This document shows positions 46,371-54,806 of a stretch of DNA of 64,000 bases, one piece after another. The stretch comes from an uncultured Bacilli bacterium (lineage in GTDB: Bacteria; Bacillota_I; Bacilli_A; RF39; UBA660). The stretch is taken from NCBI GenBank assembly GCA_944329425.1, contig CALVIG010000002.1, forward strand, positions 75,880-139,879. Direction: 5' to 3'. Under the pieces are notes generated by a model. That model was not told the DNA's origin. It did not search any database and saw only the letters and a list, made by a program, of their open reading frames with translations. Each line of letters opens with the position of its first letter. Position 1 is the first letter of the stretch. Both the position numbers and the translations under genes were made by a program.

Positions 46371-46970
46371 ATGGAGAAAAAAATAAAATATGTGTATCAT
46401 GGGAGTACCCAACATGGATTAAAAGTAATAAAAAAAAATATAAGCACTCATGGTAAGCCATGGGTATATGCAACTTTATCTAAAGCGATTTCAATAATCT
46501 TTATAAGCAATAAAGGTAGTGATTTATATTATTATTTAGGTGGAGAAGGGACAAAAGAATTAGGTGGAGAAGGAACAAAAGAAAAACCAGTGATTTTAGT
46601 AGAAAGAAAAAAAGATATGTTTAAGGATATTTTTAATGTTTCAGGTTCACTTTATACATTAAGTGGTAAAAACTTTATTTCAGGGAAAACTGGTTGGTCA
46701 GCCGAAGTGGTTAGTGAATTTGATGAGAAAGTCATCCATGAGGAATACATAAATAGTGTTTTTGAAAAACTTAAAGAATTAAATAACAAAGGTGAATTAA
46801 AAATTTATTTATATCCAAACAGACCAAATTATATTCCAAAAGATAATAGTGATTTAATTTCTAAAGTCATAGGATGGCAAAAAAATGGGATAAACATTGA
46901 TCAGTTTTTTAAATTATATCCAGAATTAAAAGAACAGTATTTAAAACAGTTAGAAGAAGATGGAAAGTAA
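46371..46970 (+). CDS. Hypothetical protein carrying an 8-aa tandem duplication
   Basis: ORF with ATG at 46362 or 46371 ('atggagaaa'). Contains LGGEGTKE-LGGEGTKE. No recognised domain. Confidence 0.5.
   Translation: MEKKIKYVYHGSTQHGLKVIKKNISTHGKPWVYATLSKAISIIFISNKGSDLYYYLGGEGTKELGGEGTKEKPVILVERKKDMFKDIFNVSGSLYTLSGKNFISGKTGWSAEVVSEFDEKVIHEEYINSVFEKLKELNNKGELKIYLYPNRPNYIPKDNSDLISKVIGWQKNGINIDQFFKLYPELKEQYLKQLEEDGK
46536..46583 (+). repeat. In-frame 24-bp tandem duplication (2 copies, 1 mismatch)
   Basis: ttaggtggagaaggGacaaaagaa / ttaggtggagaaggAacaaaagaa. Confidence 0.95.
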
Positions 46971-47017
46971 ATCCATTTTTCTTTTTAATTATTATAAAAA
47001 AATACTAAATAATTAAC

Positions 47018-47082
47018 GTAATTAAATGTAAACAACACTTATGTGTTGTTTATTTTTAATTTTAGTTTGTTATAATATAATT
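47018..47082 (+). repeat. Copy B of the terminator-plus-promoter cassette (direct repeat of 31682-31747)
   Basis: gtaattaaatgtaaaca + hairpin aaacaacac/gtgttgttt + atttttaatttt + tgttataatataatt. By-eye alignment to copy A gives 58 of 66 columns identical. Confidence 0.8.
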
Positions 47083-47095
47083 GGTGATAATAGTT

Positions 47096-49702
47096 ATGGA
47101 AGATTATAAAAAAGGTACTGATGAAATATTAAAAGCGTATAATACGTCTTTAAATGGATTAAATAATAACGACGTAAAATTACTATTTAGAAAATATGGT
47201 AAAAATGAATTAAAGGAAAAAGGTAAGAAAACTAAATTACAAATATTTTTAAGTCAGTTTAAGAATATGATGATAATCCTTTTATTAATTGTTGGTGTTT
47301 TATCTTTAATCTATGCTATTGTAACTAAAGGTGATTATTTAGATGCAATAGTAATATTAGGTACTACTTTAGTTAACTGTATTATGGGTTATATGCAGGA
47401 GTCTAAAGCTGAAGATGCAGTAGGTAAATTAAAGAAGTATTCTGTTTCATACGTAACCGTTAAAAGAAATGGTAAATATAAGAAAATTGACTCTAAAAAC
47501 TTAGTTCCAGGTGATTATATCGTTTTAGAAGCAGGGGATAAAATACCTGCGGATGCAAGGATAATAGATGCAACGGTTGCTAAATGTGATGAATCTATTT
47601 TAACTGGTGAAAGTGCATCTGTATCAAAAGATGAAAGTGTAATTAATAGTGATGTAACTATATCAGAAAGACGAAACATGGTTTATTCTGGTACTGTTTT
47701 AGTAGCGGGTAAAGTAGAAGCTATCGTTGTTAAAACGGGTATGGAAACCGAGCTTGGTAAAATAGCATCATCAGTTGATACTGACGAAGAACCACAAACA
47801 CCGCTTCAAATGAAAGTAAAAAAAGTAAGTAAATTTATTTCATATGTAGCAGCTTTTTTAGTTGCGTTTGTTTTAGTTTACGGTGTTATTAATAATTATG
47901 ATACTTTAAATATTGTAATGCTTTGTATATCTATGATAGTAGCTAGTGTACCAGAATGTCTTCCAATAGCAATTACGGCAACACTTTCTATTGGTGTTGG
48001 GCAAATGGCTAAGAAAAAGTCTATCGTAAGAAACTTAGCAGCCATAGAAACACTTGGTGCAACAGAAATAATATGTACTGATAAAACAGGTACTTTGACT
48101 AAAAACCAGTTAGAAGTAATAAGTATTTATGCTAATAATAGTATATTGTTTAAAGAAGATGTATTAAAAAATAGTAAATTATTAGAAACACTATATTATG
48201 CTAATGGTGCTTATTTAAGTGAAGATAATAAATATACTGGTGATTCAGTTGATGTTGCTTTAAAAAATTATATTAAAGATAATGATATTAAGATAAATAA
48301 TTATGAAAAAATAGTAGAATTACCGTTTGATTCTGATCGTAAAATGATGAGTTCTATATATAAAAATGATTCAACTTATACTATGTATACTAAAGGAAGT
48401 TTAGAGTCCGTACTTAGTTTAAGTACGCATGTTTTAATAGATGGTAAAGAAGTTGAATTAACGGATAAACTAAAAAAGGAAATTTTAAATGCTGAAGAAA
48501 AATTTTCTTTTGAAGCATTAAAAGTACTTGCTTTAGCTTATAAGAAAATAGATAAAAAATATAAAAATGAAGAAGACTATTTTAAAGAAGAAAAAGATTT
48601 AGTACTAGTAGGATTAGTAGGTTTAAAAGATCCAGTAAGACCTAACGTTAAAGATGCTATTAAAACATGCCAGGAAGCTAATATAAGGCCTATTATGGTA
48701 ACAGGTGATAATTTACCTACAGCACTTTCGGTAGCTAAAGAAATAGGTATTTGCACAAGTGATAGCGAAGGCATTAATGCATCAGAATTAAATAATTTAA
48801 GTGAAAAAGAATTAGTAAAGTACGCAAATAAATATTCTGTTTTTGCAAGGGTAAGTCCTGATAATAAATTACAACTTGTTAAAGCACTACAAAAAACAGG
48901 TAAAGTAGTTGCGATGACAGGTGATGGTGTTAATGATGCTCCCGCAATAAAGCTTGCAAACGTTGGAGTTGGAATGGGTAAAAGTGGCACTGACGTTACT
49001 AAAGGTGTTGCAGACATAATTTTACTAGATGATAGCTTTACAACGATTACAACAGCCGTAAAAGAAGGAAGAAGAATATATGATAACGTTATAAGTAACA
49101 TTTTATATAACTTATCTAGTAATTTTACCGAGATAGCTATAATATTATTTGGTTTATTTACCGGAAATACCATTATTTCTGCAATACATGTTTTATACAT
49201 TGACTTAGTTGCAGATACGGTACCATCTATTACGCTTGCTTTTGAAAAAGCATCAAAAGATACGATGAAAAGAAAACCAAATGGCTTAAATAAAAGAATA
49301 TTTACAAGTTTCTTTAGTTCGTTTTTAATAGCTTCAGTAATATTAGAAACAATAATAAGCTTAATTGTTTATTATCATTTTAAATCAGAAGGTGTAATGC
49401 TTGCTCAAACACTTGCTTTACTAAGTATCATTATAAATGAATTTGTTTTTGCTTATAACTGTAGAAGTTTAAAAGAAAGAATTACAAAAAGAGGTTTGTT
49501 TTCTAATAAATACTTAAACTTAGGAATATTTACGTTATTAATTGTTCAAGCAATTGTATTCTTTACACCAATAGGTAAAATATTTGGTTTAACGATTATT
49601 TCTTTATCACAATTTATTTACGTTATTTTAATAAACATAATTTCATTTATAATACTAGAAATATTAAAACCATTATTAGTTAAGTTATTTAAGGATGAAT
49701 AA
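47096..49702 (+). CDS. P-type cation-transporting ATPase, P2 (Ca2+-ATPase-like)
   Basis: 'TGES', phosphorylation site 'ICTDKTGTLT', 'MVTGDN', hinge 'MTGDGVNDAPAIK', and about 10 TM segments. Ca2+ specificity is inferred from overall P2A-like architecture only. Confidence 0.88.
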   Translation: MEDYKKGTDEILKAYNTSLNGLNNNDVKLLFRKYGKNELKEKGKKTKLQIFLSQFKNMMIILLLIVGVLSLIYAIVTKGDYLDAIVILGTTLVNCIMGYMQESKAEDAVGKLKKYSVSYVTVKRNGKYKKIDSKNLVPGDYIVLEAGDKIPADARIIDATVAKCDESILTGESASVSKDESVINSDVTISERRNMVYSGTVLVAGKVEAIVVKTGMETELGKIASSVDTDEEPQTPLQMKVKKVSKFISYVAAFLVAFVLVYGVINNYDTLNIVMLCISMIVASVPECLPIAITATLSIGVGQMAKKKSIVRNLAAIETLGATEIICTDKTGTLTKNQLEVISIYANNSILFKEDVLKNSKLLETLYYANGAYLSEDNKYTGDSVDVALKNYIKDNDIKINNYEKIVELPFDSDRKMMSSIYKNDSTYTMYTKGSLESVLSLSTHVLIDGKEVELTDKLKKEILNAEEKFSFEALKVLALAYKKIDKKYKNEEDYFKEEKDLVLVGLVGLKDPVRPNVKDAIKTCQEANIRPIMVTGDNLPTALSVAKEIGICTSDSEGINASELNNLSEKELVKYANKYSVFARVSPDNKLQLVKALQKTGKVVAMTGDGVNDAPAIKLANVGVGMGKSGTDVTKGVADIILLDDSFTTITTAVKEGRRIYDNVISNILYNLSSNFTEIAIILFGLFTGNTIISAIHVLYIDLVADTVPSITLAFEKASKDTMKRKPNGLNKRIFTSFFSSFLIASVILETIISLIVYYHFKSEGVMLAQTLALLSIIINEFVFAYNCRSLKERITKRGLFSNKYLNLGIFTLLIVQAIVFFTPIGKIFGLTIISLSQFIYVILINIISFIILEILKPLLVKLFKDE

Positions 49703-49708
49703 AATAAA

Positions 49709-49741
49709 AAAATGATTAATTTGACAAAATCATTTTTTTTT
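49709..49741 (+). terminator. Rho-independent terminator
   Basis: aaaatgatt ... aatcatttt stem followed by a long T-run. Confidence 0.7.
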
Positions 49742-49779
49742 GTTAGTATATATGGCCATATAAAAAAGGGGGATTTTAT

Positions 49780-50961
49780 ATGATAGCGAAAAAAAATATA
49801 ACTTATTCAGAGTTTGAGGAATATTGTGATAAAATCAAAAAAATATTAATTAATAATTTTAATGAAACTAGTTTACTACCACCATATCAATATGAAAACC
49901 AAGATAAAACCGTTGATTTAAGTAATAAGATTGAAACCATATTTTTATCAAGTGGTGATGTTTTTAAATATTCAATTCCTAAATCTTCTATAGCACATTT
50001 ATTAGGTATAAACACTGAATATTTAAATAAAACCTCATTGTTTTCAGGAAAAGATTCATATAGCATTTTGTTAGAATTAATAAACAACCCATATAAATAT
50101 TATCAAAAATATACAGAGGGGTTATTTGATTTTAAATATGCTATATCACCTTATATTGATATCAAAATAAAATCTTTTTTTAAAAACATAGAAATGAATA
50201 TTAATAATTGTGAATTTGTATGCAAATATCAAAAAGAAAGATCTTATGGATATGGCGAAATTAATACGGCTTATCTAGTGTTATCAAAACATGATGATAA
50301 ATATTATGTTTTAATGTTAGATAAATTTGAAAATAAGAATCAAGATTCATTGTTTGTTCCAAAAAGTAATAGAATGTATGAGTCAAAAGAAGAAGTTTCT
50401 AACGCATTATCCTCTATATTATTTAATCAAGAACTTACAATACTTAATGGCAAGTCAGTAAAAAAAGGTTATAAAGAATCACAAAAGTTTTGGATTCCAA
50501 AGTATGATAGAATTAATAAGATAGATACTTTAAATGAATGGTCTAAAAACCTAGATTGTATTCCAAATACAATAGCTGATTATAAATATTTAGTAAATAT
50601 ATTTGATAATGCAAAAAGTCATTATTTTCATCAATCTGATGTTTTAGCAGATATATCAGAGCTTATGAAAAATAAAAAAATAATAGATATTAATACATCT
50701 AATTTATCACCAGAAGTTGTAGAAATTATAAACGCCTATAATGATTCTTTGAATTATGGAGAAAGCATAGAAAATGAAGCTAAATTTTCTGATGTACTAA
50801 GTAGAAAAAATGAATTAGAACAAAAGTTAAAACAAGCTTTAAAAGAAAAAACGGAGTTAGAAAGTAAATATAATGAAATAAAACAAAAATATGAAGATTC
50901 TGTTACGGAAAATCAAGAACTAACTAATAAACTAGAAAACGTAAGAAAGGCTTTGGGATAA
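49780..50961 (+). CDS. Hypothetical protein with a C-terminal coiled coil
   Basis: 393-aa ORF with RBS 'aaaaggggg'. C-terminal 'ELEQKLKQALKEKTELESKYNEIKQKYEDSVTENQELTNKLENV'. Confidence 0.5.
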   Translation: MIAKKNITYSEFEEYCDKIKKILINNFNETSLLPPYQYENQDKTVDLSNKIETIFLSSGDVFKYSIPKSSIAHLLGINTEYLNKTSLFSGKDSYSILLELINNPYKYYQKYTEGLFDFKYAISPYIDIKIKSFFKNIEMNINNCEFVCKYQKERSYGYGEINTAYLVLSKHDDKYYVLMLDKFENKNQDSLFVPKSNRMYESKEEVSNALSSILFNQELTILNGKSVKKGYKESQKFWIPKYDRINKIDTLNEWSKNLDCIPNTIADYKYLVNIFDNAKSHYFHQSDVLADISELMKNKKIIDINTSNLSPEVVEIINAYNDSLNYGESIENEAKFSDVLSRKNELEQKLKQALKEKTELESKYNEIKQKYEDSVTENQELTNKLENVRKALG

Positions 50962-51047
50962 AACAAAGTCTTTTTTGTTTACAAAAAATAAATGTTAATA
51001 ATAAAATTTGGCATTTAAATGATATAATTATTCTAGGAGTTGATGAT

Positions 51048-52022
51048 ATGAACGTAACGATATTAGGTGCAGGAGCTTATGCGTTAGGTCTTGCGTTAAG
51101 GTTTAATAGAAATAAAAACAAGATAATAATTTGGTCAGCGGTAAAAGAAGAAATAGATACCTTATCTAAAACCAAGATGAACGAAAGGGCCTTACCAGGC
51201 GTTAAGATGCCAGGTAATTTTGTTTATACTGAAAACGTGGAAAAGGCAATATATGGTAGTGACCTTGTTGTAATAGCGGTTGCGATGAAATTTATATCAA
51301 GTGTTTGCGATAAGATAAAACCATTTATAAAAGATAAACATATTTTAATTGCTTCAAAAGGAATAGAACAAGAATCATACCACTTTGCATCTGATATAGT
51401 AAAAAAGAAGCTTAAAACCAAAAAAGTAGCTTCATTATCAGGGCCAACCTTTGCAAAGGACATGGTAACGGATGAACTTGTTGGTTTATCACTTGCAACA
51501 ACTAATAATAAAACAAAAGTATGCGTTGAAAAAGCGTTATGTAATAAAAGACTAAAATTAAGGCCTACTAAAGACTTTATTGGGGTAGAACTTTGTGGCT
51601 CTTTAAAAAACGTAATAGCTATAGGTGGCGGTATTTTAGATGGACTTGGGGTATCAGAATCAACTAGGGCAATGTTTTTAACCGAAAGTTTAAATGATGC
51701 TAGAAAGTTAATTAAAAAACTAGGTGGAAACGAAAAAACGATTCTTTCTTTCGCGGGGTTTGGAGATATGCTTTTAACATGTACTTCTAAAAGTTCTAGA
51801 AACTATTCGTTTGGTAAGTTACTAGGTTGTAAAACCCCAAAAGAAAAGTTAGATAGTTATTTAAAAAATAATACCGTAGAAGGAGTATATACCTTAAAAT
51901 CTTTATACGGTTTAATAAAGGTAAGAAGGGTAAAAATGCCGTTTTTAGATTTAATTTATAACATGGTATTTGGATATAAAAAAGTGGATGATTTAATTCC
52001 GTTCTTAAAGGATAAAGAATAA
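51048..52022 (+). CDS. gpsA: NAD(P)H-dependent glycerol-3-phosphate dehydrogenase
   Basis: 'ILGAGAYALGLA', 'SGPTFAKD', 'GSLKNVIAIGGGILDGLG', 'GFGDMLLTCTSKSSRN'. Confidence 0.9.
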   Translation: MNVTILGAGAYALGLALRFNRNKNKIIIWSAVKEEIDTLSKTKMNERALPGVKMPGNFVYTENVEKAIYGSDLVVIAVAMKFISSVCDKIKPFIKDKHILIASKGIEQESYHFASDIVKKKLKTKKVASLSGPTFAKDMVTDELVGLSLATTNNKTKVCVEKALCNKRLKLRPTKDFIGVELCGSLKNVIAIGGGILDGLGVSESTRAMFLTESLNDARKLIKKLGGNEKTILSFAGFGDMLLTCTSKSSRNYSFGKLLGCKTPKEKLDSYLKNNTVEGVYTLKSLYGLIKVRRVKMPFLDLIYNMVFGYKKVDDLIPFLKDKE

Positions 52023-52108
52023 AAGAATCATTGGTTATACATGGTTCTTTTTTTCTTGCTTTTTTTTAATTAATAATTATAATAATTAGACATAAAAGGG
52101 TGATTAAC

Positions 52109-52873
52109 ATGGATTTATATAAAATATGTGAAGATTTAATTAATGGCAAAGTAAAAATAAAAGATGTAATAAAAAAGTATAAAATTAACTGCTTTAGATT
52201 AATTGATTTTATAAAAAGATACTGTTTTCATTACAAAATTTTAATTGATGAAGATATTAAGAAAATATTAGATGCTCCTTTAATTGAAATGCTAGAATTA
52301 AGAAAACAAGGTATATCATACGAAAGATTATCCAATGAATATAATTGCAATTCAAGTACGATAAAAAATAGATTAACAAAATATTGCGAAGAAAATGATT
52401 TTAAAATACCTAAAAAAACCATTAAACATGAGTCAATAGAGTTACCAATGGAAGAAATATACACGTTAAAAAAGCATGGTTTCTCATATAGAAAAATAGC
52501 GAGGCAATATGAGTGTTCTCATCAATTAATAAAAAAAAGATTAACGAAATATTGTGAGGAAAACAGTTATGAAATTCCCGAAAAAGTAGTTTATCCTAAG
52601 TTAATAGAGCTACCAATAGAAAAAATATGTGAGTCGATAAATCAAGGAGCTTCATATAATGATTTAGCAAGAGAGTATGGCTGTTCTGCGGCCACAATAA
52701 GAAAAAGATTAGTAGAATATGAAGAAGAACTTGCTTTGAAAAATAAATATTTAGAGATTTTATTATACGATTTTAACCAAATTCAAGAAGATATATTAAA
52801 TAGAAAAATAGGACTATTTTATGAAGAAAGAAGTAAAGACCAAAAAGGAAGTATAGCTAGTACAAAGAAATAA
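52109..52873 (+). CDS. Protein with three tandem helix-turn-helix-like repeats of about 56 aa
   Basis: Repeats '..QGISYERLSNEYNCNSSTIKNRLTKYCEEN', '..HGFSYRKIARQYECSHQLIKKRLTKYCEEN', '..QGASYNDLAREYGCSAATIRKRLVEYEEE'. Confidence 0.55.
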   Translation: MDLYKICEDLINGKVKIKDVIKKYKINCFRLIDFIKRYCFHYKILIDEDIKKILDAPLIEMLELRKQGISYERLSNEYNCNSSTIKNRLTKYCEENDFKIPKKTIKHESIELPMEEIYTLKKHGFSYRKIARQYECSHQLIKKRLTKYCEENSYEIPEKVVYPKLIELPIEKICESINQGASYNDLAREYGCSAATIRKRLVEYEEELALKNKYLEILLYDFNQIQEDILNRKIGLFYEERSKDQKGSIASTKK

Positions 52874-52977
52874 AAATCACTTAAATTGAGTGATTTTTTT
52901 TCTTTTTGTAAGCTTCTGTCGAAGTGCTTTTTTTTATGATTTAAAAGTGTTTTAATGAAAGCGTAGGAGGAATTAAG

Positions 52978-53295
52978 TTGCTTAAAGTAATGATGGAGTT
53001 TAGGAAAGGAATATTATTTGTAAGGTTATATGGCATATTAGACATTACGACGATAGATACTTTTAAAAAAGAGGTTAAGGAGGTGATCATAGACTCTGGG
53101 ATAAAGTACGTTGTATTGAACACCTATAATTTAGAAAGTGTTTCAAGTGATGGTGTTAAAGAAATAAAGAATCTAAGGAAGATACTAAAAAAGATGGATG
53201 GGGCGTTTTTCTTGTTTGGAGGAGAAATAAAAGAACTTAAATCTTTAGTTAATTTAGAAAACGAGTTAAAGGTATTTGAAAGGGTTGTGATATAG
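52978..53295 (+). CDS. spoIIAA: STAS-domain anti-anti-sigma factor (SpoIIAA-like)
   Basis: 105 aa. 'ILFVRLYGILDITTIDTFKKEV...VVLNTYNLESVSSDGVKEI' has STAS topology. It sits directly upstream of a SigF/G/B-type sigma gene. TTG start after 'gtaggagg'. Confidence 0.65.
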   Translation: MLKVMMEFRKGILFVRLYGILDITTIDTFKKEVKEVIIDSGIKYVVLNTYNLESVSSDGVKEIKNLRKILKKMDGAFFLFGGEIKELKSLVNLENELKVFERVVI

Positions 53296-53296
53296 T

Positions 53297-53971
53297 GTGC
53301 AAGTAGCTTGCAGCATAGACGAAATAATTAGACAAAACAGTAATTTAGTATATGGGATATGTGCTAAATATAATGGTTACGCTGATAAAGAAGATTTACA
53401 TCAGGTTGGGATGATAGGACTTATTAAAGCTTATAACAATTATGACGAAAGTAAGGAAGCTAAGTTCTCAACGTATGCGTTTTCGTACGTAGTAGGAGAG
53501 GTTAGTAAATACGTAAGGGAAAATAAAGCCATTAAGGTAAGTAAAGATTTGATTAGGCTAGGAAGAAAAATAAACGAATACATCGAAAAACATTTTAAGG
53601 TAAGGGGTTATAAGCCATCAACCAAGGATATTGCTTTAATGCTTGAAGTTAAGGAAGAAAAAGTAATTAGTGCCCTTGATGCTTATGGAATGGTTACCAA
53701 AAGTTTGGATGAAGAAATAAGTGATGATGGTAAGGTAATTACCCTTTTAGATGTTACTCCTACTAAACAAGTGGTAAGTAATGAGCAAATGCTTGACTTA
53801 AAAGAAGCTTTTAAATTTTTAAGTGATGATGAAAAGACGCTTCTTATAAATAGGTATTTTAATGATTTAACCCAAAGTGAGGTTGCTAGTATCTTGGGGG
53901 TTAATCAAGTATACGTATCTAGATTAGAAAAAAAGGCTTTAACAAAGATGAAAAATAAGATGGTTTGTTAA
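53297..53971 (+). CDS. sigF: Group 3 sporulation-type sigma factor (SigF-like)
   Basis: 'DLHQVGMIGLIKAYNNYD', 'KFSTYAFSYVVGEVSKYVRENKAIKVSKDL', region 4 'LTQSEVASILGVNQVYVSRLEKKAL'. spoVA genes lie downstream, as in clostridial sigF loci. Confidence 0.75.
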   Translation: MQVACSIDEIIRQNSNLVYGICAKYNGYADKEDLHQVGMIGLIKAYNNYDESKEAKFSTYAFSYVVGEVSKYVRENKAIKVSKDLIRLGRKINEYIEKHFKVRGYKPSTKDIALMLEVKEEKVISALDAYGMVTKSLDEEISDDGKVITLLDVTPTKQVVSNEQMLDLKEAFKFLSDDEKTLLINRYFNDLTQSEVASILGVNQVYVSRLEKKALTKMKNKMVC

Positions 53972-53972
53972 A

Positions 53973-54003
53973 AGAATAATGGATGGACATTATTCTTTTT
54001 ATT
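53973..54003 (+). terminator. Rho-independent terminator
   Basis: agaataatg-gatgga-cattattct followed by a T-run. Confidence 0.75.
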
Positions 54004-54092
54004 TGTGTTAATTATTATCAATTTAAACATAGTTGTGGTATACTAGTTACTAAAGTGTTAGATTATTTTACTTCTTAGAAAGGAGATAAAAA

Positions 54093-54806
54093 ATGCTAGA
54101 GTTACAAAACGTATGTTTTAAAAAAGATAATAAATTAATTTTAAATAACATAAACATTAAATTTGACGAAACGCGGTTTTACGTAATAACAGGACCAAAC
54201 GGGTCAGGAAAATCAACCCTTGCCAAGATAATAATGGGGCTTGAAAAACCTACTTCTGGTAAAATCATCTTTAACGGAAAAGACATAACTGATATGCCGG
54301 TTGATAAAAGATCAAAAGAAGGCATTAGCTTTGCTTTTCAGCAACCAGTTCGTTTTAAGGGAATAACGGTTTATGATTTGCTAAAAATATCTACTGGTAA
54401 AGATTTATGTAAAAAAGAAGCTTGCGGTATATTATCAAAAGTGGGTTTATGTGCTTTAGAGTACGTAGATAGAGAAATAAACGCATCCTTATCTGGTGGT
54501 GAGTTAAAGAGAATAGAAATTGCAAGCGTAATAGCAAGAAATCCAAAAGTAGCAATATTTGATGAACCAGAAGCGGGTATTGATTTATGGAGTTTTAAAA
54601 ATTTAATACAGGTGTTTAAAGAGTTAGAATCTAATTATTCGGGAATAACGATCGTTATTTCCCACCAAGAAAGAATATTAAACATAGCGGATCAAATAAT
54701 CCTTATGAAAGATGGTAAGGTCTCAAAAGTTGGTAAAAAAGAAGAAATGATAAACGAAATACTTAATGGTTCAAGTTGCTGTAAGGGGGTTAATGATTGT
54801 GAATGA
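54093..54806 (+). CDS. sufC: SufC-like Fe-S cluster assembly ABC ATPase with a Cys-rich C-terminal tail
   Basis: Walker A 'GPNGSGKST', signature 'LSGGELKRIEIA', Walker B 'VAIFDEPEAGID', H-loop 'VISHQ'. Tail 'GSSCCKGVNDCE'. Promoter-like TTATCA, 18 nt, TGgTATACT at 54015-54044. Confidence 0.8.
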   Translation: MLELQNVCFKKDNKLILNNINIKFDETRFYVITGPNGSGKSTLAKIIMGLEKPTSGKIIFNGKDITDMPVDKRSKEGISFAFQQPVRFKGITVYDLLKISTGKDLCKKEACGILSKVGLCALEYVDREINASLSGGELKRIEIASVIARNPKVAIFDEPEAGIDLWSFKNLIQVFKELESNYSGITIVISHQERILNIADQIILMKDGKVSKVGKKEEMINEILNGSSCCKGVNDCE

